Virus record (IMG/VR): IMGVR_UViG_3300046028_008563
Span: 1-53,143 of that record
Length of the DNA: 53,143 bases
Source: a virus
Lineage: Duplodnaviria; Caudoviricetes
Strand: one strand, 5' to 3'
How positions within the stretch are numbered: position 1 is the first letter of the stretch; every line of letters begins with the position of its first letter. The notes under the pieces were generated by a model. That model was not told where the DNA came from. It searched no databases and saw only the letters and a list, made by a program, of their open reading frames with translations. The translations under genes were made by a program, and so were the position numbers. Shown here piece after piece: positions 19,042-28,456 of the stretch.

Positions 19042-20118
19042 ATGTGTACCACCCCCACGCTCACCTGGCGCGAGCTGCGCGCCGCCCACCCCGACCACGA
19101 CGTCGCGATCCTCCAGCGCCTCGGCATCGACCAGAGCGGCCGGGCGCTCGTCTGTGATGGCAAGGTCGGGCCGCGCACCGAGGGCGCCGTCTACCTTAAT
19201 CCTGCCGCCGTCGTGACGCCTGTGGCCAAGGTCGCGCTCGCGGAGCTGATGCGCGGCGCGGGCGAGAGCCTCGGCAACAACCGCGGCCCGGACATCTCCA
19301 AGTACATGGACGACGACAACCCCAGCGCGCAGCAAGGCCCGTGGTGTGCGGGGTTCGCCACGTGGGCGATGCGGCAGGTCTACCCCTCGGCGCCCCGCTC
19401 GCTCAACGCACGGCGCTCTGTCTCCCAGCTCCGCCACAAGGTGATCCAGCGCCTGATCCGCCCCGACGACCTGATCGCGTGGGAGCGCGAGGTGGACGGC
19501 AAGATCAGCGACGTCCATGGGCACGTCGAGATCGTGGCCTTGGTGGTCGGCGACACGGTGTGGACGATCGGCGGCAACGTCGACGTCCGCCCCGGCGCTG
19601 CTGGTGATGGCGTGGCGGCGCGCAGCTACTCGCTCGCAGCTGGGCTCGTGAACAGGAGCGGCAACCGCTGTGTGGGGATCGGGCGACATGTGCAGCTCGC
19701 GCCCGCGCCGCCGCAGATAGTCGTGGGCCCGCTCGCCTTCACGCTGGCGCAGGCGTCTGAGGCGCTCGCGATCCCCGTCGTCAACCTGACCGCCACGCAG
19801 GCCGTGATGGGCCTCGCAGGCTTGGGGGCTGCGCTCGCGGTGCTTGTGGAGGTGATCAAGCAACTCCTCCCGGTGCACGTCAAGGCGGGCCACGCGTGGG
19901 CGAAGGTCCTCCCGGTGCTTGCGCCGCTGCTCGGCGCGCTGCTCGCCCCGCTGCTCGCCGCGGGCTGGTCCGTGGAGGGTGTGCCGCTGTCCCTTGGCGC
20001 GCACGCGCTCGCGGGGCTCGTGGCGGGCTCGATGTCCGGCGGCCTGTATTCGGTCGTGGCGCAGTCGCTGATGGGGCGCGATCGGCGCCTCGGGGCGGGC
20101 GGCACCAGCGCAGAGTGA
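19042..20118 (+). CDS. Endolysin (peptidoglycan-binding remnant + CHAP-type amidase) fused to a C-terminal holin-like membrane domain
   Basis: DGKVGPRT, PWCAGFATW, GHVEIV and TIGGN, followed by three hydrophobic helices with VEVIK and GL.AG....GLYS. Confidence 0.75.
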   Translation: MCTTPTLTWRELRAAHPDHDVAILQRLGIDQSGRALVCDGKVGPRTEGAVYLNPAAVVTPVAKVALAELMRGAGESLGNNRGPDISKYMDDDNPSAQQGPWCAGFATWAMRQVYPSAPRSLNARRSVSQLRHKVIQRLIRPDDLIAWEREVDGKISDVHGHVEIVALVVGDTVWTIGGNVDVRPGAAGDGVAARSYSLAAGLVNRSGNRCVGIGRHVQLAPAPPQIVVGPLAFTLAQASEALAIPVVNLTATQAVMGLAGLGAALAVLVEVIKQLLPVHVKAGHAWAKVLPVLAPLLGALLAPLLAAGWSVEGVPLSLGAHALAGLVAGSMSGGLYSVVAQSLMGRDRRLGAGGTSAE

Positions 20119-20161
20119 CCTGATGCGGCGGCGCCATGATGCGCGCCGCCTTCACCCCACC

Positions 20162-20200
20162 CTCCGGCGCAACGCGGGGATGCGCCGTGCCGGAGCTTTT
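20162..20200 (+). terminator. Candidate intrinsic terminator after the lysin gene
   Basis: CTCCGGCGC...GTGCCGGAG stem followed by CTTTT. Confidence 0.4.
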
Positions 20201-20237
20201 CGCCATGTATTTAGCTACTTGGGACAGCAGGTATGCC

Positions 20238-20609
20238 GTGGAAGACACATCACAGAAGACCCCAGCCCGCACGCTGGCTGAGAGCCCGTGGACGCAGATC
20301 CTTGCGCCTGCGGTGATCTCGATCCTCGGCGTCGGCGCCATGCTGTGGCAGCAATCCGCCGTCACACATGCCCGCCTCACCGCGCTGGAGAGCCAGCAAG
20401 CAGCCCTTGAGGCACGGCTTGCGCAGGTGGACCGCGCCCAGCTCTCCCTTGAGGCAGACCACAGGGCGACCAAGGAGCAGGTCACGCAGGTGCGAGATGC
20501 GATGACTGAGATCCGCAACTATCACGCGGCGACCATGAAGGAGGTGCGCGATCTAGGTGTAGGTATGGCTAGAATTGAAGGAACCATCAAGAAGGAATCG
20601 AGAAGATGA
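20238..20609 (+). CDS. Single-TM coiled-coil lysis-module protein (holin/XhlA-like)
   Basis: One hydrophobic helix then a coiled coil ending MARIEG; start uncertain. Confidence 0.5.
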   Translation: MEDTSQKTPARTLAESPWTQILAPAVISILGVGAMLWQQSAVTHARLTALESQQAALEARLAQVDRAQLSLEADHRATKEQVTQVRDAMTEIRNYHAATMKEVRDLGVGMARIEGTIKKESRR

Positions 20610-21112
20610 GACACTACAACACGCCTTATTACTATCGTCTGGGCGAGGTGATCCACACGGTCACCACCCTGCGCGCCCTGCGCTTCGTCGTGGACCCGCC
20701 TGAGCCCGTGGATCCCGATCCTCCTGACCCCGTCCCGGTGGACCCGCCCGACCCCGCGCCGTCCCCCGACCCTGAGCCCCCGCCCAATCCTGAGCCGACG
20801 CCGCTCCCCGACAACGATCCGCCGCTCCCGCCCGATCCTGACCCCGTCGATTACGACGATCCGATCTTCGCCGGCGCTATGGTGCTCGCCAACGCCAAGC
20901 ACGCCAAGTCACAGGATGGCGACTGGTGGTGGCAGATCACGGACGACGTGCTGGATGGGTGGCAGCCGCAGAATGCGCGGCACCTGCTCAGGATGCTCGG
21001 CAAGATCGCCACACCGCAGCGCTCGTGCGTCGCCTTCACGCTGAGTCAAAGTCGTGGCTGGTGGGAGCTTGTGGCCCAGCTCACGCCCCGCGGCCTCGTG
21101 ATCCTCGACTGA
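20606..21112 (+). CDS. Hypothetical protein with Pro/Asp-rich linker
   Basis: ATGA overlap; about 50-aa PD/PE tract. Confidence 0.55.
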   Translation: MRHYNTPYYYRLGEVIHTVTTLRALRFVVDPPEPVDPDPPDPVPVDPPDPAPSPDPEPPPNPEPTPLPDNDPPLPPDPDPVDYDDPIFAGAMVLANAKHAKSQDGDWWWQITDDVLDGWQPQNARHLLRMLGKIATPQRSCVAFTLSQSRGWWELVAQLTPRGLVILD

Positions 21113-21116
21113 CACC

Positions 21117-21147
21117 GACAGGGCGCCTCGCGGTGAGGCGCCCTGTC
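21117..21147. other. Intergenic 13-bp stem-loop
   Basis: GACAGGGCGCCTC-GCGGT-GAGGCGCCCTGTC, directly before an RBS; no U tract. Confidence 0.7.
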
Positions 21148-21163
21148 ACAAGGAGATCCGACA

Positions 21164-21568
21164 ATGACCCCTCACCTTCTGGCGGCGGCGGCGGGCGCGC
21201 TCGTGTGCCTCGCCGCCGTCATCCTCATCACCAGGCGGGCGCAGATCGTGAGCGCGGCGCGTCGCTCCCCGGCTGTGTCAGGCGCGCTCGTCACGCTCGC
21301 CGCGGCCGCTGTGTGGCTCGCCCACCTCGCAGGCCGCCGCCGCCTGCCCCCTGTCCCATCACCAGATCGGGATATGACCCCCACCCCGCGCGTGCCGCCT
21401 GTGCCGCCCGCGCCTCGCCCCGCAGAGGTTGATCATGCCGCGCACCTGCCTCCTGACACCGTCCCTGACCCCGCCGCCCCGCTGGTGGCTGATCCTGATC
21501 CTGACCTTGGCGCTGTGGTGGACCACCTCGATCAACGCGCTCGCTCACGCTCAGGCACCGCCGAGTGA
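21164..21568 (+). CDS. Two-TM, Pro-rich membrane protein (lysis accessory)
   Basis: AAGGAG RBS; two hydrophobic helices. Confidence 0.55.
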   Translation: MTPHLLAAAAGALVCLAAVILITRRAQIVSAARRSPAVSGALVTLAAAAVWLAHLAGRRRLPPVPSPDRDMTPTPRVPPVPPAPRPAEVDHAAHLPPDTVPDPAAPLVADPDPDLGAVVDHLDQRARSRSGTAE

Positions 21569-21869
21569 GGCGGAGCTTGTGCGTGTGCCTGTGAGGGTGC
21601 TGCGCCAGTGCGAGCAGGACGCCGCCGCTGTGGACGGGCTTGAGAGCCGCTTGCGTGCGTGTCAGCGTGACCTCGACGCGGGGAGCGGGGCGCTGGGGGA
21701 GAGCCAGCGGAGGGAGCTTGAGCAGCGGGTGGAGGTGGCGCGGCTGACCCTGCGCGTCGCGGAGTTGGAGCGGCAGGACGCGGCGCGCTGGAGCCCGTGG
21801 GCGTGGATCGGGGTGGGCGCAGGCGGGGCGCTCGTCGCGGTGGTGGTCGCGGTGATCGTCGCCAGATGA
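21429..21869 (+). CDS. Signal peptide, coiled coil and C-terminal TM protein (spanin-like)
   Basis: Hydrophobic N-terminus ending AHA|Q, coiled coil with two Cys, C-terminal TM; overlaps upstream gene. Confidence 0.5.
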   Translation: MIMPRTCLLTPSLTPPPRWWLILILTLALWWTTSINALAHAQAPPSEAELVRVPVRVLRQCEQDAAAVDGLESRLRACQRDLDAGSGALGESQRRELEQRVEVARLTLRVAELERQDAARWSPWAWIGVGAGGALVAVVVAVIVAR

Positions 21870-21905
21870 ACAACGCCCCGCTGAGAGCTCTCAGCGGGGC
21901 GTTGT
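21870..21905. terminator. Perfect 36-bp palindrome where the two transcription arms converge; likely bidirectional terminator
   Basis: ACAACGCCCCGCTGAGAG|CTCTCAGCGGGGCGTTGT. Confidence 0.7.
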
Positions 21906-21912
21906 GGACTGG

Positions 21913-22155
21913 TCAGGCGCGGGCAGCGCGCATCACCTCCCAGCTGATGCTTGCGGCCTCGCTGTGGCCGATGATCGTGCCGAGATCCACGACGATCTCA
22001 ACGGTGCGGTGGAGCGCGGCACAGGACCACTCGTAAGCGTCCATCTCCTCGTCGTGGCGGCGCTCGTCGAACGCCGCGTCACGGGTGCGCCACGCAGCAA
22101 CGCGCAGTGCGTGGGTCGCCTTGAGATCATCGATCAATTCATCCTTGCTCATCAT
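21913..22155 (-). CDS. Hypothetical protein
   Basis: GAGGAG RBS; last gene of the minus arm. Confidence 0.65.
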   Translation of the reverse strand: MMSKDELIDDLKATHALRVAAWRTRDAAFDERRHDEEMDAYEWSCAALHRTVEIVVDLGTIIGHSEAASISWEVMRAARA

Positions 22156-22246
22156 CTCTCCTCATGCCCCGTGGGGCGTTGGTGTCGCCTCATGGCGACG
22201 TGGTGTAGACGCGGCCCGCAGCGCTCGCTGACAGGTCGCGGGATCT

Positions 22247-22516
22247 CTATTCTGTCTCGTGGAGGTCGAAGCTCACCCCCACCTCTACCCGCATCCCCAC
22301 AGCGGCGGCGTATGCGGCGAGCTGGGCGTAGGGGATCGGCCTGTCGCCGCGCTCATACTGCCCCACGCGGAGCTGGGCCTGCTTTGGGGTCAGGCCCATC
22401 GCCTCCCCCACTTGACGCTGGCTCATCCCCAGCGCCTCGCGCCGCTCGCGGAGCTTGCGCACCGCATCAAGGGCGGCGGCCTCGCGAGCCGCCGCGAAGA
22501 TCGTCTTCTCGCTCAT
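22247..22516 (-). CDS. XRE-family HTH regulator
   Basis: LRERREALGMSQRQVGEAMG...VGQYERG. Confidence 0.88.
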   Translation of the reverse strand: MSEKTIFAAAREAAALDAVRKLRERREALGMSQRQVGEAMGLTPKQAQLRVGQYERGDRPIPYAQLAAYAAAVGMRVEVGVSFDLHETE

Positions 22517-22526
22517 CTCTCGCACC

Positions 22527-22985
22527 TCACAGCAGGACGTAGAAGGTGGTGGCGCCCATGGTGCGGGCGTCGTCATAGAAGAGGCCGCTCGCTTGAATGA
22601 GCGGCGCACTCACACGGCGCAGTCGCCACGGCGCCCACACGAGGCCGGGGAGGGCGCGGGGTGCATCCTTGGCGCACAGCAAGGGCTGCGGCTTGGCGAG
22701 CATCACGCCGCACAAGGAGAGCGCACCCGGCGCTGCCTTGCCCATATCGAAAGATGCAGCCCGCAGCGCCTCGCGATCTGTGACCTGCCCGATCCACACA
22801 TCGACCTCCTCGCCGTGCGTGAGGTAGCCGCGCACGAGCTCGGCATCCTCGGCGCTGATGTGGGCGCTGTACTCCATCAGGACTCCCCACCACCCGAGGG
22901 CGAGGAGGGCGCGCACGTCGCCTGTGGTGAGCATCTTGCCACGGGTCCAAGCTCCAGCGCGGAAGGGTGCGATCCAGTCTGCCAT
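22527..22985 (-). CDS. Hypothetical protein
   Basis: AGGAG RBS before ATG at 22985. Confidence 0.6.
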   Translation of the reverse strand: MADWIAPFRAGAWTRGKMLTTGDVRALLALGWWGVLMEYSAHISAEDAELVRGYLTHGEEVDVWIGQVTDREALRAASFDMGKAAPGALSLCGVMLAKPQPLLCAKDAPRALPGLVWAPWRLRRVSAPLIQASGLFYDDARTMGATTFYVLL

Positions 22986-23016
22986 GATGTGATCTCCTGT
23001 GGGGGTGTGGGGTGTA

Positions 23017-23472
23017 TCAGGCCGCAGCGAGCCAAGCAAAGCCGCCATCCTCGACGCGATCCAGCGGCCCGATGTGGACCACATCGCCCGACGCCATCAC
23101 GGCGTGAAGCTGGACGGCGTAGGCGCGGACGGGGGCGTTGGGGCGGTTGGCGACCACAGCGTAGTGGGCGACCTCACGCAGCGCCACCACGCGAGCTGCA
23201 TCCGCCTTGCGCATCCGCCCGGAGGCGAGCTGTGCGATCCAGGCGACCATCTCGGCGTGGTCAATGCCCGCCTTGCTCGCCATGTCCGCGACCATCATCT
23301 CAGCGGCGATCTTGTCGCCGTGCTTGGGGGCCGCGACCTCGACGATGCCCAGCGACGTCTTCAGCACGTCCAGCGAGCGCGCCAGAGAGGCAGCGCGCTT
23401 GCCGTTGATGTCGTACACAAAGCCCGTTGCCTTGCGGCAGGAGTAGGTGCGGATCAGCGTGAAGGTGTTCAT
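23017..23472 (-). CDS. Hypothetical protein
   Basis: First gene after a strong promoter; typical codon usage. Confidence 0.65.
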   Translation of the reverse strand: MNTFTLIRTYSCRKATGFVYDINGKRAASLARSLDVLKTSLGIVEVAAPKHGDKIAAEMMVADMASKAGIDHAEMVAWIAQLASGRMRKADAARVVALREVAHYAVVANRPNAPVRAYAVQLHAVMASGDVVHIGPLDRVEDGGFAWLAAA

Positions 23473-23525
23473 CGGGGGCTCTCTTGCGCGGGAGGCGACA
23501 CACCGTGCGTCGCGTCCATGTCCTC

Positions 23526-23554
23526 AAACTACCCACCCTCTCCCCTTCTGTCAA
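23526..23554 (-). promoter_or_regulatory. Sigma70-type promoter
   Basis: TTGACA-N17-TAGTTT with an A-rich upstream tract. Confidence 0.75.
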
Positions 23555-23743
23555 TCCTTTTTTTGGGATTGTGCGCAGAATCTTTCTTGGGCTGGTGTCA
23601 CCCTTCAAGACGCGCCAGCGAGGCGCCGCTGACAGCCCCACCCCACTTTTCTCTTGCCAGCCGCCGCCGCCCCTAAATCCTAATATGAATCAATAAAATA
23701 AGGCAGGCGGCGGCAAGCTCAAGCCACGCGCACCGCTGCCAGC

Positions 23744-24619
23744 TCATCCACCCTTGACGGGGTAGGGCAGGCCGATCATCGGCTTCGTCGGGCGCTTCCT
23801 GTCGCGCTGCCAGACGTAGGCGTGATTGCCCGGATGCCACACCTTGCCGATCCTGCCCGACGCAAGGCAGCGCGCCAAGAAGCTCTCCCCGCTCTCGCCC
23901 TGCCAGCGCTTCAGCTCGCACGCCTGCTCAAGCTGGCGGGTGGCGTACTGCCAGCCCTTCTCGTCATTGACCAGCTTGGAGATCGTGCGCTCGCTGATCA
24001 CATCCCCCGTGGCGAGGTCCACCGTGTGCGTGCGGCCCTTGGCGCGGCCCTCGTAGCTCCAGCCAAGCGCCTTGTAGATCCCGCCGATATGCCCCGGCTT
24101 GAACACCTCGCCCGCCGCGTTCCTGCGCTCGACCGGGTCCGCGTAGGAGAGGATCGCGTGGAGCTGGGGATGCGCCTCGATGAGCGCCCGCTGCGCCCGC
24201 GACGCGAACCAGCTCTCGGCATTGTATGGCTCCTCATCGGCCAGCACGAGGCGGTTGCACTCCAGCGCCCCCACGACGCCGTCTCTCACAGGCCCGACGC
24301 CGCACCAGGCGCGCAAGATCCGCTCGCCCATCCCCTCGCCGTAGGTGATGACGCCGACAAGCTCGGGCTTCACCACCCCGCCGCGCGTCTTGTACAGCCC
24401 GTAGCGGGCCACAGCAGGCGCCGGATTGCGAGCGTAGTGGTGGGTCCGCAGGTAGGCGCACGACGTCTCATAGTCCAGCTCCTCGACGCCGTAGAGCCGC
24501 GTGTCCATCACCGTGTGGTGCGGCACCCAGCGCTCCCGCTTGTGGCTCCAGCGCTGCGCCCATTCGACGAGATCGAGCTGCGCAGACGGGGCGGCGGGAG
24601 GCGTGTGGCACTTGCTCAC
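23744..24619 (-). CDS. Mom-like (GNAT-fold) DNA modification protein
   Basis: HHY, LVGVITYG, LECNRLVL, NAESWF, ILSYADP and GHIGGIYKA.GW.YEG motifs; GTGA-coupled start. Confidence 0.82.
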   Translation of the reverse strand: MSKCHTPPAAPSAQLDLVEWAQRWSHKRERWVPHHTVMDTRLYGVEELDYETSCAYLRTHHYARNPAPAVARYGLYKTRGGVVKPELVGVITYGEGMGERILRAWCGVGPVRDGVVGALECNRLVLADEEPYNAESWFASRAQRALIEAHPQLHAILSYADPVERRNAAGEVFKPGHIGGIYKALGWSYEGRAKGRTHTVDLATGDVISERTISKLVNDEKGWQYATRQLEQACELKRWQGESGESFLARCLASGRIGKVWHPGNHAYVWQRDRKRPTKPMIGLPYPVKGG

Positions 24620-24978
24620 AGCCCGCTCTCCCCGCCGAGATCCTCGACAAGCGAGCGCCCCAAGCTCTTGCGCCACGCCGCGACCAGACGCCCCCACGCG
24701 TCCCCCACCACCTCGCCTTGCGGGCCTGTGGCGGGGATGACGTAGCCGTCCACAGACCAGCCATCGACCCGCCACGACTTGAGCCGCGGCAGGTAGTGGA
24801 GGATCGCCACAAGCTCCAACTCGGAGCGGCAGAGATAGAGCGCGGTCCCATCCTCGCCCTCGCTGTGGAGGGCCACGGCGGCGCGGGGGAGCGCGATCTT
24901 GAGCCGCGCCTGAAGCTCCTCAAGGGTGCGCGCCCGCTCACCCCCAAGCGCGCTCGCGACGGACATGCACGCGCTCAT
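24616..24978 (-). CDS. Hypothetical protein
   Basis: Coupled between DHFR and the Mom-like gene. Confidence 0.6.
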   Translation of the reverse strand: MSACMSVASALGGERARTLEELQARLKIALPRAAVALHSEGEDGTALYLCRSELELVAILHYLPRLKSWRVDGWSVDGYVIPATGPQGEVVGDAWGRLVAAWRKSLGRSLVEDLGGESGL

Positions 24979-25595
24979 CACACACCTTCCTTGAGCCACA
25001 CGCTGGACAGATCCGATCCCATGTCCGGCTCATACAGCGCCACATGCACCGGGTCGCGCACGAGCCGCAGCTGCGTCCAGCCGTGCGGCGCCCCCTCCTC
25101 GGCGGGGCGGTCCATGCGCGCCGCCACCACCCACCCGTGCCACGAGAGCGCAGGGAAGGTCACATCATGCGCCCACCCTTCGGGCTGGTGGATCACGCTC
25201 AGGTGAATCACGTCCACCACGTCCGCCTCAAGGGCTGCGCGGTAGACCTCCCCGCCGCCGATGATGACGATGCCGCCGCCGCCACGCCCCTCGAACTTTG
25301 CCGCCGACTGTGCCGCCCAGATCGCCGAGTTGATGTGCTGCTCAACCGTGTACGGATCGTTGTCCTCCGGGCGCTGCATCGTGTGGCTCAGGATGATGTT
25401 GTGACGGCCCTTGAGCGGCCTGTGCTGCTCGGGCAAGCTCTCCCAGGTCTTGCGCCCCATGATGACCGCCTTGCCCTTCGTTACCCGCTGGAACAGTGCC
25501 ATGTCGCCCTTGATGCGGGGCCATGGCATCCCGCCCTGAAACCCCAGCTCCCAATGCGGCCCGACCGCTGCGATCAGCTCAACGTGCTGCCTCAT
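24978..25595 (-). CDS. folA: Dihydrofolate reductase
   Basis: LIAAV, MPW...[36 protein letters not shown]. Confidence 0.96.
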   Translation of the reverse strand: MRQHVELIAAVGPHWELGFQGGMPWPRIKGDMALFQRVTKGKAVIMGRKTWESLPEQHRPLKGRHNIILSHTMQRPEDNDPYTVEQHINSAIWAAQSAAKFEGRGGGGIVIIGGGEVYRAALEADVVDVIHLSVIHQPEGWAHDVTFPALSWHGWVVAARMDRPAEEGAPHGWTQLRLVRDPVHVALYEPDMGSDLSSVWLKEGV

Positions 25596-26509
25596 ACCGC
25601 CACCTCTCCCTTGATCGCCGCGTGGCACCTGTAGCCCGCCAGCTTGATCTGATCCGCCGTCCATCCATCCACGCTCTCCAGCGAGCCTGCCAGCTCAAGC
25701 TCCGGCGCGTCGAACGGCTCGCGCCCCAACTGCTCTCTCACCTGATCCAAGTGATTCAGGTAAATATGCGCGTCGCCCAGCGTGTGAACAAAGCGCCCCG
25801 GCTTTAGTCCTGTCACGCGAGCGACCATGTGCGTCAACAGCGCGTAAGATGCGATATTGAAGGGGATCCCAAGGAGCGCATCCCCGCTCCTTTGATATAA
25901 CTGACAATCGAGTCTTGCGCCACCTGTAATATAGTCTCCACGGCGCACATAGAACTGAAATAAAAGGTGACAGGGCGGCAGTGCCATCTGATCCAGCTCC
26001 GCCACGTTCCAGGCGGAGACGATGAGGCGGCGGCTGTCGGGGTTGCGGCGGATCTCATCGATGACCCACGCGATCTGGTCGATCCAGCGCGTCGGGCTCC
26101 TGTCTTTAGCAATGTTGTGGTGCATGCGCCCGGGCTCGTAGCTCCACATACTCCCCGGCTGCGGCACATCAAGGAAGGACGCGACCTGATGGCCCCACGA
26201 GCGCCACTGCTTGCCGTAGACCGGGCCAAGCTCGCCCCCCTCGCGCTCCCATGCGTCCCAGATGTGGACGCCCTTCTCTTGCAGCTCGCGGGCATTGGTG
26301 CTGCCGCGCAGGAACCACAGCAGCTCCTCCACCACCCCGCGCCAGAACAGGCGTTTGGTGGTCACAGCTGGAAAGCCCTGCGCGAGATCGTAGGTGGATT
26401 GGTGCCCAAATATGGAGATGGTCCCCGTCCCGGTGCGGTCCTCTCGGCGCTCGCCCTCGCTCAGAATGCGGTGCAGAAGGGCGTGGTATGTCGTGTCGTG
26501 TGGGTTCAC
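25592..26509 (-). CDS. thyA: Thymidylate synthase
   Basis: [48 protein letters not shown]. Confidence 0.97.
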   Translation of the reverse strand: MNPHDTTYHALLHRILSEGERREDRTGTGTISIFGHQSTYDLAQGFPAVTTKRLFWRGVVEELLWFLRGSTNARELQEKGVHIWDAWEREGGELGPVYGKQWRSWGHQVASFLDVPQPGSMWSYEPGRMHHNIAKDRSPTRWIDQIAWVIDEIRRNPDSRRLIVSAWNVAELDQMALPPCHLLFQFYVRRGDYITGGARLDCQLYQRSGDALLGIPFNIASYALLTHMVARVTGLKPGRFVHTLGDAHIYLNHLDQVREQLGREPFDAPELELAGSLESVDGWTADQIKLAGYRCHAAIKGEVAV

Positions 26510-26961
26510 TTTGAGCCTCCAAAGAGTGCGGTGTGGATCATGGCGCGGGGCGGCATCACCACCTCGCGCACCTCGATGAAGCTGTCTTGCTGCTCGTAGA
26601 TCGCCAAGAGCTCCACGGCGCGATCCCCGTCAAGGAGCGCCACGAGCGCAAACAGCGCCTCCGGGTCGGTGTCGTGGAGCGCGAGCAGCGGGCAGCCGTG
26701 GGCGCGTAGCAGCGCGGCTCCTGTGCGCGGGCGGACGGCCACGCCAAGCCCGGTGGCGATCCGCGGCAACTCCACGACGCGCAGCGGGCGCTCCTCATCG
26801 AGCAGCTCTGCGACGTCGCGAGGGACGGCGACAGGGAGTAAGGCGACCCAGCGGCGCTCCCCGAACATGTCCGCCTCGCAGATCGTGGCGGTCGGGGCGT
26901 CGTGCGCGGTGCATCGGGAGATGGCGCCCCAGCGGGCGGCAGGCTTGCGGTGTGTGGTCAT
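26506..26961 (-). CDS. Hypothetical protein
   Basis: GGAG RBS; coupled on both sides. Confidence 0.6.
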   Translation of the reverse strand: MTTHRKPAARWGAISRCTAHDAPTATICEADMFGERRWVALLPVAVPRDVAELLDEERPLRVVELPRIATGLGVAVRPRTGAALLRAHGCPLLALHDTDPEALFALVALLDGDRAVELLAIYEQQDSFIEVREVVMPPRAMIHTALFGGSK

Positions 26962-27878
26962 GGTGTCTCCAGTATGAGCTTGACTTGATTGGTGGTGGTG
27001 TTCGCCACCGTGGCGATCTGTTCCACGCTCCCGCCCGCGCCGCGCATCGCCCACACCGCGATCCTCAGCAGCGCATCAAGGCGCGCACGAGCCTCTTGCT
27101 CAAGCTCACGCTTGACCTTGAGCCCGGCCTTTTTGGCGACGTCGCGCACCACCCCATCGCTCACGTCGAAGGCGGCGGCTACCTCTTTGGTGGCGAGCCC
27201 CTGCTTGAGCAGCGCTGCGATATTGGCGTTGCGCTCGCTCTGATCACAGCCGCGCATCGTGACGCCGCGCCGCTTGAGCGCCGAGAGGACCGTGGAAGGG
27301 GAGAGCTCGAAGCGCTTGGAGAGGGTGTAGCTACCCACGCCGGACTCGTAGAGCCTGACGATCTCCATGTCCCGCGCCTCTCCGGTCAGCGTCTTGAGCC
27401 GCCCCGTGTCATCCTGCGCCGCCTTCTTGGCTGCCCACAGCTCGCGCCTGCGAGCGTTGCGGGCGAGGCGCTTCACATCCACCTTGCCCACCCGCTCGCG
27501 TATCTTCGTCTTGGGGGCGGCGGCCCGCTTGGCTCGTCGCTCCTCCACGAGCCGCTTGCTCCGCTCTTCATCCGCCCGCCTCAGCGCCGCTTGCGCCTCA
27601 CGCCGCGCACGCACTGCCTCTTTGTCGGGCGGCACCGTGGGCGCCTTCTCCTTGACCTTCACAGCAGGGGCAGGCGGCGGCGGCAAGCTCTCAGCGACGC
27701 GGGGCAGGGGCAGCTCGTGATACGCACACCAGCGCGCCACGTCGTCCGCGCCGTCAAGCCCCAGCTCCTCGGCGATCTCCGCAGCGGTCCACCCGCTCGC
27801 GAGGCAGTCGGCGAGCGCGTCGCGACTGACCTCCTCGTCAAGATCCAGATCGAGCTTGCCCGGCTCACAGCGGCTCAC
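26958..27878 (-). CDS. Multi-HTH DNA-binding protein
   Basis: About four HTH-like units (GWTAAEIAEELG, GVGSYTLSKRF, GLATKEVAAAF, GGSVEQIA). Confidence 0.7.
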   Translation of the reverse strand: MSRCEPGKLDLDLDEEVSRDALADCLASGWTAAEIAEELGLDGADDVARWCAYHELPLPRVAESLPPPPAPAVKVKEKAPTVPPDKEAVRARREAQAALRRADEERSKRLVEERRAKRAAAPKTKIRERVGKVDVKRLARNARRRELWAAKKAAQDDTGRLKTLTGEARDMEIVRLYESGVGSYTLSKRFELSPSTVLSALKRRGVTMRGCDQSERNANIAALLKQGLATKEVAAAFDVSDGVVRDVAKKAGLKVKRELEQEARARLDALLRIAVWAMRGAGGSVEQIATVANTTTNQVKLILETP

Positions 27879-28456
27879 TTCACCACCTCCCCTGTCTGCG
27901 CGGGCGGCGTCGCGCCCGTCTGCCCCTGGTAGTGACTCCCCAGTTCCTTCGACCCATACGGGTGATCCGTCACGCTGGAGAGGCGGGCGACCTTGAACTG
28001 CCCCAGCGGCGCCCGGTCAAGGATGCGGATCGGGCGCGGCCCCGCGTTGTGCAGCTCAAGCGTCACCTGCCCCTTGAAGCCCGGATCGCACCAGCCCGCC
28101 GTGACGTGGATCGCGAGGAACAGCCGCCCGATGGATGAGCGCCCGCACACCTCGATCGCGAGGTCAGGCGGGATCTCCACATGGTCCAGCGTCGTGACGA
28201 GCGCGCACTCCCCCGGCTTGAGCAAGAGCCCCTCGACGCATGGATCGTGGAGGTACTTCGCGCCCGTGATGCCGCCCGGCCCCACCACGATCTCCCCCTC
28301 GGCGTCTGGATCTGGTCGCTTGGCGCCGCCCGACAGGTCCACGACAAAATCGATAGACGCGGGCTGCACTCTTGCCGCGTCTGGTGGTGGGTCCACCACG
28401 AGGCCGCCGCCAGCCGCCAGCCGCCGCTTAATATCTCGATCTGATAGAATGGTCAT
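27875..28456 (-). CDS. dcd: dCTP deaminase
   Basis: ILSDRDI, QPASID, GRSSIGRL...H.TAG..DPGF.GQ.TLE, YG......HYQGQ. Confidence 0.93.
   Translation of the reverse strand: MTILSDRDIKRRLAAGGGLVVDPPPDAARVQPASIDFVVDLSGGAKRPDPDAEGEIVVGPGGITGAKYLHDPCVEGLLLKPGECALVTTLDHVEIPPDLAIEVCGRSSIGRLFLAIHVTAGWCDPGFKGQVTLELHNAGPRPIRILDRAPLGQFKVARLSSVTDHPYGSKELGSHYQGQTGATPPAQTGEVVK

Noticed and set aside
20690-20860. Pro/Asp tract as a DNA repeat array
   Set aside because: Low-complexity coding linker without a fixed repeat unit
25592-26509. thyA as a dCMP/dUMP hydroxymethylase for base replacement
   Set aside because: Canonical ThyA motifs including the Asn in PFN, linkage to DHFR, and no phage DNA polymerase or nucleotide kinase seen
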